64,000 nucleotides of DNA, from contig OX597814.1 in NCBI GenBank assembly GCA_951406725.2, positions 100,564,001 to 100,628,000 of the forward strand. Reading direction: 5' to 3'. Positions 26,952 through 40,298 of this stretch are shown piece after piece (within the stretch, counting starts at the first letter, position 1; the number at the start of each line of letters is the position of its first letter). Source of the DNA: Octopus vulgaris (taxonomy: Eukaryota). The translations under genes were made by a program, and so were the position numbers. The notes beneath the pieces are model-generated. The model was not told the origin of the DNA and searched no databases. It worked only from the letters and a program-made list of their open reading frames with translations.

Positions 26952-28527
26952 CAGGGTGCTATAAGTAGATTGACTCTATTTTTATATTTTTAAATCCGCG
27001 CTTGCACAGTAATTGTTTTTTTATTTTGTCGACTACACAGTATAGTAGGGTCAGCTGTGCACCGTCTGTTAGAAAAACAGCACCCATGATGAAATTCGCT
27101 TTGCCAAAAGTTTGGAAACGATGTGTTGTGCGGCTTGGCATTTGCACCGGAAGCTCCAATACGAACCTTTCAGAGTGTTTGGGTGTCAGTCTGAGGACAG
27201 TGCAGAGTATTCGGAAATAGCCGGATGAGTCTAAAGGTGATTACGAAGGTACAGCAGCTCGGAAAACTCACTCTGATCGTTGTGATAAGAAAAAGCCTCC
27301 TGAATATGTTGGTGAGATGCAGGCCATGGTTGACAACGACTCCTCCAAGTCAATCAGGTCCATCGCCAGGGATGGTTTTTTATCAAGTAGGAAGTGCATG
27401 AAGAAATTCGGTATTCTTCATACAAGATGGGAAAGAACCAATCTCTCTATATGTAAAGCTGAAATTGTCTGTGTATGGCAGGTTTGCTAACCTTCAACTA
27501 ACACTATCTCCTCCGAGACCCTGCGGCGCATGTTGACCAAAATTGACAGTATGATAGAAGGCTTGCTCTTCCTTCCGTAGAAGAAAAATTCCAAATCGGA
27601 CCATGTTTACAACAAAAAGGTGCTTTTTTTCTATGAAAATCCCTATTTTTTACGATTATTTCGACTGCTGTGTCGCCATTTTTCGGTGTATTTCAACCAG
27701 AAAAATGCTCACTTAAAGAGAATAACAAGCTACATAATGCAAAATTTTTACTTTTCAAAACTTTCAATTCTAAAGGGTCAAAACAAACCCGAGCAATGCC
27801 GGGCGATACTGCTAGTTTTTATCTAAAGCTACTAAGCTTTAGAACAAACTCAAGCATCTCCTCCAGTCGAACATGCTTAGGTTTTTCTCAAACGAGAAAA
27901 AATTCTGCCAGGATCAGATGGTGAACACAGAGAACAACCGTTGGCTTGCCATGACCCCAAAGCATGTACCAAAAGTGATAAAATTCAGACATCCAGTCAA
28001 CATCATAGTGCTTGGAGTGATCACTACTGATGGTGACGTTGTACCTCCATTCATCTTCCCACACGACCTCAGACTCAACACTGAGGCCTACATCAAGCGC
28101 TTGCAGGAGGTAGTGTTGCCCAGGGTTAAAAGGGTAGCTGCTGGAAGACCACATATCAGACAATTTCTGCAACCATATCAACCATAACATCTGGCCACCT
28201 ATCTCCCCAGACTGCAAGCAACTTGATTATTATATGTGAGATGTAGTTGAGCAAGAGTCCAACAAAACTTGTAACACCAAAAATTAACTGAAAGCAAGGA
28301 TTATGGCAGCATTCACCAACTTAAGCAATTGTCCAGAAGAGTTGCAAGAGATTTCGAAGTCGTGTGGAAACCGTGGTAGAAGCCAATGGTGATTTTATTG
28401 AATATATTTACTCGTTAGTATTTCAAGATATTTTATGTAATTTTGGTAAGTATATCTGTTAAAATGAGATGTGGGTCTTATTTTCATTTTTGTGTAATTT
28501 AGACGACAATTTATTCGCCACAGCCTG
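26952..28527 (+). mobile_element. Degenerate Tc1/mariner-superfamily element (maT/DD37D-like), interrupted by a Helitron
   Basis: Imperfect TIRs cagggtgctataagtagattgactcta / tagacgacaatttattcgccacagcctg; FFSNEKKFCQDQMVNTENNRW, HPVNIIVLGVITTDG, WPPISPDCKQLDYY. Confidence 0.85.
27442..27815 (+). mobile_element. Non-autonomous Helitron
   Basis: 5' TC, 3' CTAG, subterminal hairpin cccgagcaatgccggg (27788-27803), inserted between A and T with no TSD. Confidence 0.88.
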
Positions 28528-28716
28528 CATGTGTGTGTGTGTTTATATATATGTGTGTGTATTGCTTTCATGTCAAGTCATTTATAAAAGCAATTGAACA
28601 CTAACTTGAAGGATTTTTAAATACGTTTTAGTAGAGTACAAACAGTTCTATTTTTAAGAGAGGAGGAATTATGTACATTATTTACATTTTGACGGATTTT
28701 GTCTTAATCTTGTTTG

Positions 28717-28971
28717 TTACTCTTTTACTTGTTTCAGTCATTTGACTGGCCATGCTGGAGCACAACCTTTAGTCGAGCAAATCGACCCCAGGACTTATTC
28801 TTTGTAAGCATAGTACTTATTTTATCGGTATCCTTGGCCGAACCGTTAAGTTACGGGGACGTAAATAAACCAGCATCGGTTGTCAAGCAATGTTGAGGGG
28901 ACAAACACAGACACACAAACATATACACACACGCACGCACGCACGCACGCACGCACAAACACGCACGCACG

Positions 28972-29033
<62 letters not shown>

Positions 29034-29200
29034 CGACGGGTTTCTTTCAGTTTCCGTCTACCAAATCTACTCACAAGTCTTTGGTCGGCCCGAGGCTATA
29101 GTAGAAGATGATACTTGCCCAAGGTGCTACGCAGTAGGACTGAACATAGAACCATGTGATTCGTAAGCAAACTACTTACCACACAGCCACTCCTACGCCT
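28717..29200 (-). mobile_element. tRNA-derived SINE, family B, full length with an internal microsatellite
   Basis: Head ggagtggctgtgtggtaag..ggttcagtcc; body ccttgggcaagt; tail gactgaaacaagtaaaagag; many copies in the window. Confidence 0.85.
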
Positions 29201-29217
29201 GTTGCATATGTTATGGT

Positions 29218-29263
29218 AACACAACGTGTCCGCTGATATACCCTCCAGCTTTCATCAGGTGTC
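29218..29263 (-). ncRNA. Minimal type I HHR-like motif (GAAA mutated to GACA in this copy)
   Basis: gacac-CTGATGA-aa-gctg-gagggtatat-cagc-g-GAcA-cg-TT-gtgtt. Confidence 0.62.
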
Positions 29264-29322
29264 TTGGGGAAATTTCGAACCTAGGTTCTCATTCCTAAGG
29301 TATTTTTAGATGTTGTTGTTGC

Positions 29323-29412
<90 letters not shown>

Positions 29413-29916
29413 CATTATTATTATTATTATCATTATTATTATTCAAGTCACTGCCTGGAATCGTACTAGGAATCTTGGGGTTAGTAGCCCGCGCTGTTAA
29501 CCACTTAATTTGCCCGTGGGCATGTGTAAATAATGTAAATAAAGTAGAGTACATATTTAATTATATTTCAGTTATATTTCCAAAGAATTTTGTAACGCGA
29601 GTAGAATGACATTTCGAACTCACTGGTAACTTTTTTCTCATAACACGTATATTCACATACTCATATATTTTCAAATTGTATAAATTCTGTATATATATTT
29701 TGTTATGCATATTTCAATAATTCACAATGATTTATTACACACCGTACAATGCAACAAATTATTCTAGCTGAATTTACAAAAATGTGTACACACACACACA
29801 CACTCATATATCTATGTACGTATGGACAATAGTTGTTTGCACAGTGTATAGCTAAAATAACGCTATTTTGTTAGATGGTAGATATCGGCACCGATCAGCC
29901 AATAGTTTGTTCGCTA

Positions 29917-30315
29917 AGGCGCCGAGCTGGCAGAATCGTTAGCACGCCGGGCGAAATGCTGAGCAGTATTTCGTCTGTATTTACGTTCTGAGTTCAAATT
30001 CCGCCGAGGTCGACTTTGCCTTTCATCCTTTCGGGGTCGATAAATCAAGTACCAGTTACGCACTGGGGTCGATGTAATCGACTTTATCCTTTTGTCTGTC
30101 CTTGTTTGTCCCTTCTGTGTTTAGCCGCTTGTGGGTAGTAAAGAAATAGGTATTTCGTTTGTCTTTACGTTCTGAGTTCAAATTCCGCCGAGGTTGACAT
30201 TGCCCTTCATCCTTTCGGAGTCGATAAATTAAGTACCACTTGCTTACTGGGGTCGATCTAATCGACTATCCCGCTTCCCAAAAATTTCGGGCCTTGTGAC
30301 AAGAGTAGAAAAGAA
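29917..30315 (+). mobile_element. Two nested family-A SINEs (long-tail copy within a short-tail copy)
   Basis: The body repeats after the aagaaata|ggtattt junction near 30148, and the two copies have different 3' tails. Confidence 0.8.
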
Positions 30316-30927
30316 TAGTTTGATCGCTGAAAATAAGTACGAAGCCAGAAGTTTGTTTATGTTAAAAGGTCCAGGTATTTCTGGCTGATGAAAGACATTC
30401 TGAACACCGGCATCTGAAAATCCCATGCTACAATGAGGCGGATATATCGTGAAACACATTGTTATCGTAAATGGAGAAAGTTGTTCCCCTGTGACTTACA
30501 CAACAGCAACAAGCACATTAACGTGCGCACCTGACGAAGATATTATGAAACAATATGTAAGACATCGTATACGCTCGCGCTCGCACGCGCACACACGCTC
30601 ATACACATACACACATACATACACACTTATATACTCTTTAATTATTCATCCTTTTATGCCGTTCAGCCCAGAGGTTGTGGACATGCTGGAGCACCACCAG
30701 CAAAAGATAACCAATGGTGTTTGTGTGTGTGTGTGTGCGCGTGTGTGCGTGCGCGCGTGTGTGTGTAGGTGTGTGTAGGTCACGAAATTATACATACCTC
30801 GATTCCACTGTCAAAGCCTATTTAGATAATTTCAATCCAAGAAAGATATCTCTATGTAGTCGTTCAACTTGCGAGAAGTCGAAATGAAATTTTCCTCAAC
30901 CTAAAAAAACGACCGTCTGAAACGTCA

Positions 30928-31130
30928 GTTTCAAATTTTGGCACAGAGCCAGGATTTTGTGAGGAGGGGCTAGGTCGATTAATTGGATCCCAGTGCTGAA
31001 TTGTTACATCGACCATGAATAGATGAAAGACAAAGTCAAACTCGGTGGAATTTGAACTCAGAATGTAAAGACGGACGGAATACTGTTCAGCGCTTTGCCC
31101 AACGTGACAATAATTCTGCCTGCTCGCCGG
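30928..31130 (-). mobile_element. SINE family A
   Basis: Consensus match. Confidence 0.7.
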
Positions 31131-31979
31131 CCAAAAAATTGTATATAATATTAGAAGTTTTTAGACTTAACATATACGCAATTTACACGAGGAAAGAGCG
31201 AGATACATTTGTTGAAGTAAATATGTGTATGAAACAAATGCATGATTCCCTTGCCATTGTTCAGATAAGTGTGTGTGTATCTCTGTGAGTGGTAATATAT
31301 AGTGCCATAGAAAATAAGCAGCGATATACTCTAACATATATCACCTTCTTCTCTGTGTGTGGTGTGTGTGTGTGTGTGTGTGTAAAGACCCACATAAAAA
31401 CGAGATCAAGCGGCGATATGTCGATTGCATAGGGTTGATCGAAAGCTAATATATGATCAGAGTGTACAGGTAATTGACTATATTCGCAAAGACAATTGTT
31501 AAACCATCTATCTCCCTCATTCTCTCTCCCTCTCTCCTTTTGTCTGTCTGTCTGTCTCTCTGTCTGTCTCTCTCTCTCTCTCTATTGCTTGCTCTCTTTC
31601 TCTGTCACTCTTGTTTTCTCTCTTTCTCACTCTCTCTCTCCTTGTTTTCTTTCTTTCTCCCTCTCTATGTATATAATGTGTGAGTATATGTGTATTTGGT
31701 ACGTGTGTATGTATGTGCGTGTCACTATGTGGGAAAATGTGGTTGCTACTTTTATTTATTTATTTATTTATTAATATATTTTTTGCTACCTATATTGTTA
31801 AACATTCTAATGTAGGTAGAAGTGTAAAACGGTATTAATATCTGACAATACAAGAACTGAAACGAACAAACATTGGTAATATGGCAGAGTAAAATGAATA
31901 TTTATGTTATGGAAAGAAGAATGCAACGGAAATGACAATTGCGATAGAGTAAGGAACGAATATTTGCATGAAAATATAT

Positions 31980-32014
31980 GTACGTGCGTGTGTGTGTGTG
32001 AGTGTGTGTGTGTG

Positions 32015-32076
<62 letters not shown>

Positions 32077-32112
32077 TGCTGCATGTATGAATGCATATAT
32101 GTACGTATAAGC

Positions 32113-32192
<80 letters not shown>

Positions 32193-32473
32193 ATATATAT
32201 ATATATATATATATATAGATAGATAGATAGATAGATATATATATAGATATATATATATATATATACATATATACGTACATACACTAGTATTCACACATAC
32301 AAACAGTTGTATATGAGTATATATGCATAGATATGTTTGTGTGTGTGTGTGTACGTACGTACGTATACATATAAATATATAGAAAGATGTGTGTTAGTGT
32401 GTGGGTATATAGATATGTATACAAGTATGTGTGTACGTATTTGTATGAATCTAAATATGTAAATATATTATAT

Positions 32474-32518
<45 letters not shown>

Positions 32519-33063
32519 ATATTATTTGCATATACACATATATTTATACCTATATGTATGTGTATATGTGTGTGTGTGTGTGAACACATATGTGTACTCG
32601 CGTGCGTTTCTGTGTGCATAAAAGTATGTGGATTCATATTGACACAGAGGGGTGCGCAGCGCCCACACATATTAACGTGCCATGTATTGAAAATACAAAA
32701 GAATGGCTGACTGCAAATTGACAGAATGAGGACTACAGTGTAAAAGGTGAAAACAGTTATGATTCCCTTGATGTCCGCTGCTATTTCCAACTATAATTTT
32801 CTTTCCGAAACAACCGTTTATTTATATACAAGTGCCAGGTTTTACAGAAGTAAATGTCTTTTTGGTTATTAAGATGCAATCTGCACGCAAAGTAAAATAA
32901 TTGTCAGTATGTAAAGTTTGCATGTATATTGTCTATTCAATGCTTTTGCAGATGAGCGTGTAACTACGTATGTTTCAATATATGTATGTGGGTGTGTTAG
33001 ATACTGAAATACTCTTAAGTAATACACACGGACACACGACTTCATTGTCACGTAGAGACAATA

Positions 33064-33118
<55 letters not shown>

Positions 33119-33330
33119 GCTTATGTATACATATGCAAACACACATATATATATATACATATATACATATATGTATATGTATATATATTTACATGCAAAC
33201 ATATGCCTATAGATATTATGTGAGTGTTTATGCATGTATATATATATTTACAAACATCAGTATTTCTTAAAATATTGGATTTATACATATATACATATAC
33301 ACACACATATATATATATGTACATATATAC

Positions 33331-33379
<49 letters not shown>

Positions 33380-33740
33380 AGTGTTTACATATATACAGGT
33401 AAGCATACATACATATAACATACATATATACATATACAAATAGATATTCAAATATATAGATAGAATGATACATACATACAGACATACATACAGACACACA
33501 CACACATACATACATACAATCATACATACAGACATACATACATGCGTGAATGAATGCATGCATACTACATACATGAATACATACATACATATAAGTATGC
33601 ACACACACACACATACACCTATGTGCGTGAGTGTGAGTGTGAGTGTGAGTGTGTGTGTGTGTGTGTCTGTCTGTCTCTGTGTGTGTGTGTATGTATCTTG
33701 GTACTTATATATATGTCTATATGTATATGTACTGATCATG
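31980..33740. repeat. Compound microsatellite field (TA, CA/TG, GATA, TACA)
   Basis: Directly visible; similar fields at 405-950, 43224-45280, 53810-54435 and elsewhere. Confidence 0.95.
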
Positions 33741-34155
33741 TATACGAGTATATCTACGTTGTTTACATGTTTACTAATTTCACTTTAATTCTAATATCTA
33801 TTTCCAGTCTGAAACAAAATGCTCCGTATTGAAACCGAAGTGAATTTCACAGCAAATTCAATCGTTACTGCTGATAAGTCACTGCAACCAACATTTTCAC
33901 CCCACAACAGCCGACTGCTTCTTGAAAGTTTGTTGTATTATATGTATCCCAGTTGATTTCAGTGTTGTGATTATTATGGGTATTGTTTCAGCTGCTAGCC
34001 TTAGTTAAATATTAACGATGGTCATAAAATTTTACAGCGCTTCAGCCTTCACAATATGGCCGACTGCACGACACATGCTCGGAGTTGTGTTGTTACTTTT
34101 GCTGCTGTTTCTTAGTTTTGTTACGACAAATATGGCGCTCTCATACGACCTAGCA

Positions 34156-34245
<90 letters not shown>

Positions 34246-34250
34246 TAGTA

Positions 34251-34287
<37 letters not shown>

Positions 34288-34314
34288 AGGTGATAGTGGT
34301 GTTTATAGCGGTGT

Positions 34315-34975
34315 TTTTTTTGTTGTTATTGTTGTAACAATGTAGATATATTGTTGATGCTGGGGACATAGCTCGTTCTTTTCATGTAAGTAATGGTTAT
34401 TTGTGTGACTGAATGTTGCCCAGTGCATACATGCACGCATGCGTGCACACACGCTCGCGTACGCGCACGCATACACACACATAGAGACAGGCACGCATAA
34501 ACATCCAGGTATATACATAGATGCGTGTATGAATGCTGGAGTGTAGATATATACATATACGTGTGTGTCTATGTATATACATGAATATATATATATATGT
34601 GTGTGTGTGTGTGTCTATGTGTGTGCATGAATATATACATTTGTATACGAGGATGATGCCTATATACGTGTATGTGCTCAGCGCGGATGTGTTTCTATAG
34701 GAGAGCGAGATATAGAGATAGGGAGGCAGAAAGCGAGAGTTTGAGAGAAAGCGAGAGTAAATGGGAGAGAGAAAGTGAGAGAGAGAGTATAGGGTAGCAT
34801 TGTTGCTTTTGTTGTTGCATAGCCTAACGACTCTCTTTTGATTGTTGGTTGTTGATGGAATGAATTGGCGTGAAACAGAGAGAACAGAAACGTTTGAAAA
34901 CTACTTACAACACTCTCATCCATATTCTACAATAATGGCTTCAATGCAGTCATCAAACACAGCAAAATTATGCCA
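34315..34975 (+). repeat. Diverged dispersed duplication, second copy at 39020-39715
   Basis: Colinear blocks acaatgta.atatattgttga.gct..., gttgttgca.agcct..., gcgtgaaacagag.gaacagaaa..., aataat.gcttcaatgca. Confidence 0.75.
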
Positions 34976-35507
34976 TTACTAAACCAGTAACACCCTTTTC
35001 AGATCACATTACATTTATGTTTCCTTCACATGACAAAACAACTGAACGTTAACGTTTGCATTACATTTTCCTTCATATACACGTCCTTTGTTATATGTCA
35101 TGTAATAACATCATAACAGTTGAAACCACCGAGTAAACCTCGGCACAAGTGCTCCCCCACCCTGTCCTCTGCTTGAAATTCAAATCAAATCTCTTTCATA
35201 TTACATCCAAGCATCTTTGAGAAAAACAAAACAAAAGAGACAAAAACCCAGTAGCATAATGAATAATTCGTTCCTTGTTCAGACCTGTCTGTTATTAAGA
35301 CATATAACAATTTGTCATATGGTATATGTAGCGGTTTTCTGCGCTCTGAGTTCAAATCACGGCTAGAGAATAAATTTGACTTTCATCCTTTCGGGGTTAA
35401 TAATATAAAGATATAGTTGAGGGAAGTGCATTTTCGCGATTTTGAGAGCATCAGTTGAAATGCCGCGGCTAATTATTTTTTCGCTTCTTTTGAGTTTTGT
35501 TGCTTTT

Positions 35508-35556
35508 ATACATACATACATACATACATACATACATACATACATACATACATACA

Positions 35557-35589
<33 letters not shown>

Positions 35590-35812
35590 GGCGGTTGTCT
35601 ACTCGTATGCAGAGGTCTGACCACCTCCTTAGATCCATCATGGAGTCTGATGTAGCTTTTTAAACCAGACAATGTATTGAAAAGACGCCCACATAGATTG
35701 CCTATCTGATTCAAGATCTGCACCAAGAGCTGCAGTTAAGTTCTGATGTTTGTATATCATAAAATGTCATTTGATGCATCCGCTGGATTTGCAGATCTTA
35801 TGGCATACACCG
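35508..35812 (-). mobile_element. RTE-like LINE 3' end with a C2H2-like motif and (TATG)n tail
   Basis: [20 protein letters not shown] followed by a short UTR and (TATG)n. Confidence 0.55.
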
Positions 35813-36699
35813 CATACATACATAAATACATACATATAAACAAACAACCATAGGCATAACTCTATGGTTAAAAAGTTTGTATTGCACCACGGGATTTTGT
35901 ATGTATGTATGTATGTATGTATGTATGTATGTATGTATGTATGTATGTATGTATGTATGTTTTATGTACAGAAATACGTTTGTATGTATGTAGAGCTATG
36001 TATGTCAGTAATTGGTTGCAAAACGTGTAAATTACCTCGAAAAATGACACAGCACGAAAGTCATTTTAAAAAATCTTTTACCCTATATCTGTTTTATTTC
36101 CACATGTATTTTATCTAATTTTCTATTTCCACTTGATTCTGAGGATTTTTTTAATTGTCTTTGATGAGACCGACGTAAAGACAGAGAAAGCGACTGAAAT
36201 TGAGATTTATATTTTATATTCGTGTCTCTAAATTAGACTTAAACCAACACAAATTCTTACCAAAATATGACACATTTATTTTACTGTCAGGCCTGACTGT
36301 AGCCTAAACATTAACATTATTCTTTATCAAACCAGAATAACTCTACCTTAACTTCTCTCAACCCACACATTCAAACTACATATTTTCCTCCTATTTTTCT
36401 CTTCAGTCTTTCCTTTCCTACACAGCCACTTCCTCTGTCTAGTAATACTGCACATAATTTCCATTCAAATTACTTCGTCTTCCAAGTAACGATCCGCCAA
36501 ACACTATATAGATAAAGAAGGAACCAAAGTAAACTCGAAACCGAGGATAGCAGATTAGCTGAGACCTCGAACCTTTTTCTTATAGTAATTAAGTAATACA
36601 TACATCTCCAACATACACACCCTCGAATGCTCACACAAATACACACACACACACACGTATATAGATCATTCTTATATGCATCATTTGTAGCTGTCGGTA

Positions 36700-37097
36700 A
36701 AGAAAAAATCTCCCGCGAAATATTAATTTCGCATTTAATTTTGGTATAAAAAGACCAATCCTTATGAAACATACTTTTGAACAAGACTTATCAACAAAAG
36801 CAAGAAATGATGTGCTAAAACAACTGCAAAAAATGCGTAAAGAAGACAAACACACATAAGCACACACACATACAGACAGAAAGACAGACAGAAAAAACAT
36901 ACACACGCACACAGAGATTATTGCTAAGTCCATCAACTTAAGCTTCTGCGAAGGAAAAATTCTCTCGAAATACTAACTTCCTATTTAGTTTTCATATCAA
37001 AAGACCAATCCTTAAGAAACATAGTTTTGAACAAAGACTGTGTTATCAGCAAAAACAAGAAATGATGTGCTAAAACAAGTGCAAAAAATCTGCGTAA

Positions 37098-37133
<36 letters not shown>

Positions 37134-37140
37134 CGCACAT
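36700..37140 (+). repeat. Diverged tandem duplication, period ~250 bp
   Basis: aaaagaccaatcctta.gaaacata.ttttgaaca...aagaaatgatgtgctaaaacaa.tgcaaaaaat occurs twice. Confidence 0.8.
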
Positions 37141-37498
37141 GCACACGTATTATGTTATTTCCGATGAGAAGTCTTAAAACATACTCTTGCTCTCCATATT
37201 GGCTACTATTGACTAATACAAAATTTCTTCATTAATTAACTTATGCTTATAGATGTGATTATTTTAAATGTGGTACAGATACATGAATAATTAATTAAAG
37301 CTTCTAATCTAATCTCTCATTCCTTCTTCCTAAATTCCCTCCGCCTCTGCTTCCTCTTCCGATTGAATTTCGTTTTAAATTTGTCTTTAACAAGAATTTC
37401 TGGATTTTTGTCTATTTCTGGACTTTTGTTAATCTCTTTTCTTGTCTTTCATTTTCACTCATTTGCTCTCACTCTCACTCTTTTTCTCTTAATGAATA

Positions 37499-37546
<48 letters not shown>

Positions 37547-37709
37547 ACTTAGATGCATATATATATATAAGCATATACATACATGCAGATGCATATATGC
37601 TTGTAAGTTTTTATGAATATATGTATTATATGAATACACACAAACATATACATGCATACATACACTACATATGTATGCATACATGCATTTATGCGTGCAT
37701 GTGTTTGTA

Positions 37710-37748
<39 letters not shown>

Positions 37749-37753
<5 letters not shown>

Positions 37754-38006
37754 CGAAACGCGGAGTAGACGAAACAGGGACAACTGAAGAAGGTGAATCT
37801 TCCTTGTCTTGTATATCTTGTACTCTGTTCTTTCGTTGTTTGAAAAAAAGTTCCTTTCCATGTTTTTGTTTTTATGTTTTCGTTTCTCATTGTGTTCAAC
37901 GTTTTTTTATGTCCTCTACCCATATATGCATGTATATGTACATATAGATGTAGGTATGTACGTATATGTATGTATATATGCATATATTTATATATTATTT
38001 ATATTA

Positions 38007-38010
<4 letters not shown>
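37749..38010 (+). mobile_element. Family E short copy in (TA)n
   Basis: Colinear with 10377-10642. Confidence 0.75.
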
Positions 38011-38061
<51 letters not shown>

Positions 38062-38549
38062 TTTGTATGGATAGTTATGTATAGTAAGAACAAAAAGATT
38101 AAATTGCATAGTATCTAACTTTTCAGATATGAATCCTTCTTCAGAGTTAAGATGACCAAGAAGGCAGATTAATACCAGAGTATTACAGTAACTTTTTGAG
38201 TGACTGATTGGAACTTAGACCATCGGACATGATGTGCCGTGACATTTAGTGAAGATCATTAATATTTTGAATTTAAACTGCACCGTTTTCAAATTTATCT
38301 TTTACGTTTTCTGTGTGATAAAATTTTTAAAAAATAATAACTGGGGAATACTGGAGATGAACTTATATTCCAATAATACATCCAAATAAGAATCCCAAGG
38401 AAATAAAACAAGAAGAAATCTCAATTATTTAGTTAATAATTAACATTGTTTTAGAAATTACTATTAGTAATTGTTTTAGAAATAAACATTAATCTTGTCA
38501 ACAAAAATCAGTCAAGGCATTTCTCATATTAATATTTTTTTATTTAAAT

Positions 38550-39182
38550 CTGGCGACCTGGCAAAATCGTTAGCACAACAGGCAAGGTGCTTAGTAGTAT
38601 TTCGTCCGTCTTTACGTTCTGAGTTGAAATTCAGCCGAGGTCGACTCTGTCTTTTACACTTTCGAGGTCGATAAAATTAAGTACCAGTTAAGGATGGGAG
38701 TCGATGTGATCGACTTACACCCTCTTCCGAAACTACTGACCTTGTTCCAAAACTATTATTCACGGGAGGCTAGCAGGTAGAATCGTCAGCTTGCCAGACA
38801 GAATACTAGGTGACATTTCGCCTATCTTTATGTTCTGAGTTCAAATTCTGCCGAGGTCGACTTTGCTTTCATTTTTCAGGATCGATAAAATAAGTACCAT
38901 TTGAGCACTGCGGACGGTGTTTCAGACTTCCCCCATCACCCGAAATTGTGCCAAAATTGAAACCAATATATTTTGATTTAGATCTGAGACCAGCAGTTTT
39001 GAGGAAAAAGTGTCTAGTCGTTGTTTTTATAACAATGTACATACATTCTTTTCTACTCTAGGCACAAGGCTCGAAATTTTAGGGAAGGGGACCAGACGAT
39101 TAGATCGACCCCAGTATACAACTGGTACTTAATTTATCGACCCGGAAAGGATGAAAGGGAAAGTCAACCTCGGCGGAATTTG
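38550..39182. mobile_element. Cluster of family-A SINEs (two plus-strand; one minus-strand at ~39045-39182 with TSD acaatgtacata)
   Basis: Consensus matches; 12-bp TSD at 39032-39043 and 39183-39194. Confidence 0.75.
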
Positions 39183-39461
39183 ACAATGTACATATATTGT
39201 TGAAGCTGTTGGCATAGCTATTATTCTTTTCATAATAGTAGTGTTTATTGCTATTTGAATGTTGCAAGCGCGTGCGCACGCACACACAGAGGCACAAACA
39301 AGTATATACAAATATGTATGAATGAATATTAGTACATAAATATATAAATATACAGGTATGTTTATGCGCAAACGTAAATACATGTGTGCGTGAATATATA
39401 TATGAGGAGTATGTCTATCTGTTTGTGATTGTGTGTACTATCTGTGTAGGTATTTCGATAG

Positions 39462-39494
<33 letters not shown>

Positions 39495-39935
39495 GCAAAC
39501 AGACAGAGAAAGCGAGAGAGAGAATAGGGCAGTACTGCTGTTTTTGTTGTTGCACAGCCTCACGATATTATTTCTCTTGATTGTTGTTTGTTGATAGAAT
39601 GAATTAGCGTGAAACAGAGGGAACAGAAATATTCGAAAACTACTTGCACCACTCTGATCCATTTTCGCCAATAATAGCTTCAATGCAATCGTCAAACGCA
39701 GCTAAAGCATATGTGACATTGTCGGTACCATGAACCCCGGTACTAGACAGGTATCTTATTTTATAGAACTTGGCTGGGATTGAACTCAGAATGTAAAGAT
39801 CCGGAAACGACAACACAAAACATACTTTTCCGATATTCTAACAATTCCGTAAATTTTCCGTCCTATAATCATCATTCATAATGTTACAAGATTAACATTC
39901 CAGCAAAAGTTGCCAGATTACTAATACATTATAAG

Positions 39936-39981
<46 letters not shown>

Positions 39982-40067
39982 GTTTGTCTATCGCTCTATC
40001 TATCTATTTATCTTTCTGTCTGTCTGTCTGGTCTGTCTCTCTCTTTCTCTCTCTCTCCCTCTGTTCC

Positions 40068-40125
<58 letters not shown>

Positions 40126-40128
<3 letters not shown>

Positions 40129-40298
40129 CTCTGTCTTCCCTTCTCGGGATCTTTCCTTCTCCTTTGTTTCCGACGAAGAGCTCCGCTCGAAACGTTAAAC
40201 TCTCCTTCCCTTCTTTCCTGAGCGTCAAATAATACTTTAATTGTTCCACGTCCTCGCGTTGCTGTTTTTTTCTGTGTTTTCTTGTTTGGATTAACTAT
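40126..40298 (+). mobile_element. Solo pLTR (sister subfamily of the adjacent PLE) in (TA)n, with an HHR at 40166-40200
   Basis: gttt-CCGACGA-a-gagc-tcc-gctc-GAAA-cg-TT-aaac; colinear with 40481-40657. Confidence 0.8.

Larger units (their letters stand above)
28655..29545 (-). mobile_element. Composite element: tRNA-like head, (AAT)n and HHR-bearing tail, apparently split by a family-B SINE
   Basis: Head 29448-29521 (agtggtt..gcggg-ctACTaa-cccc..gtacgattcc); HHR 29218-29263; putative tail continues at 28655-28716. Confidence 0.6.
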
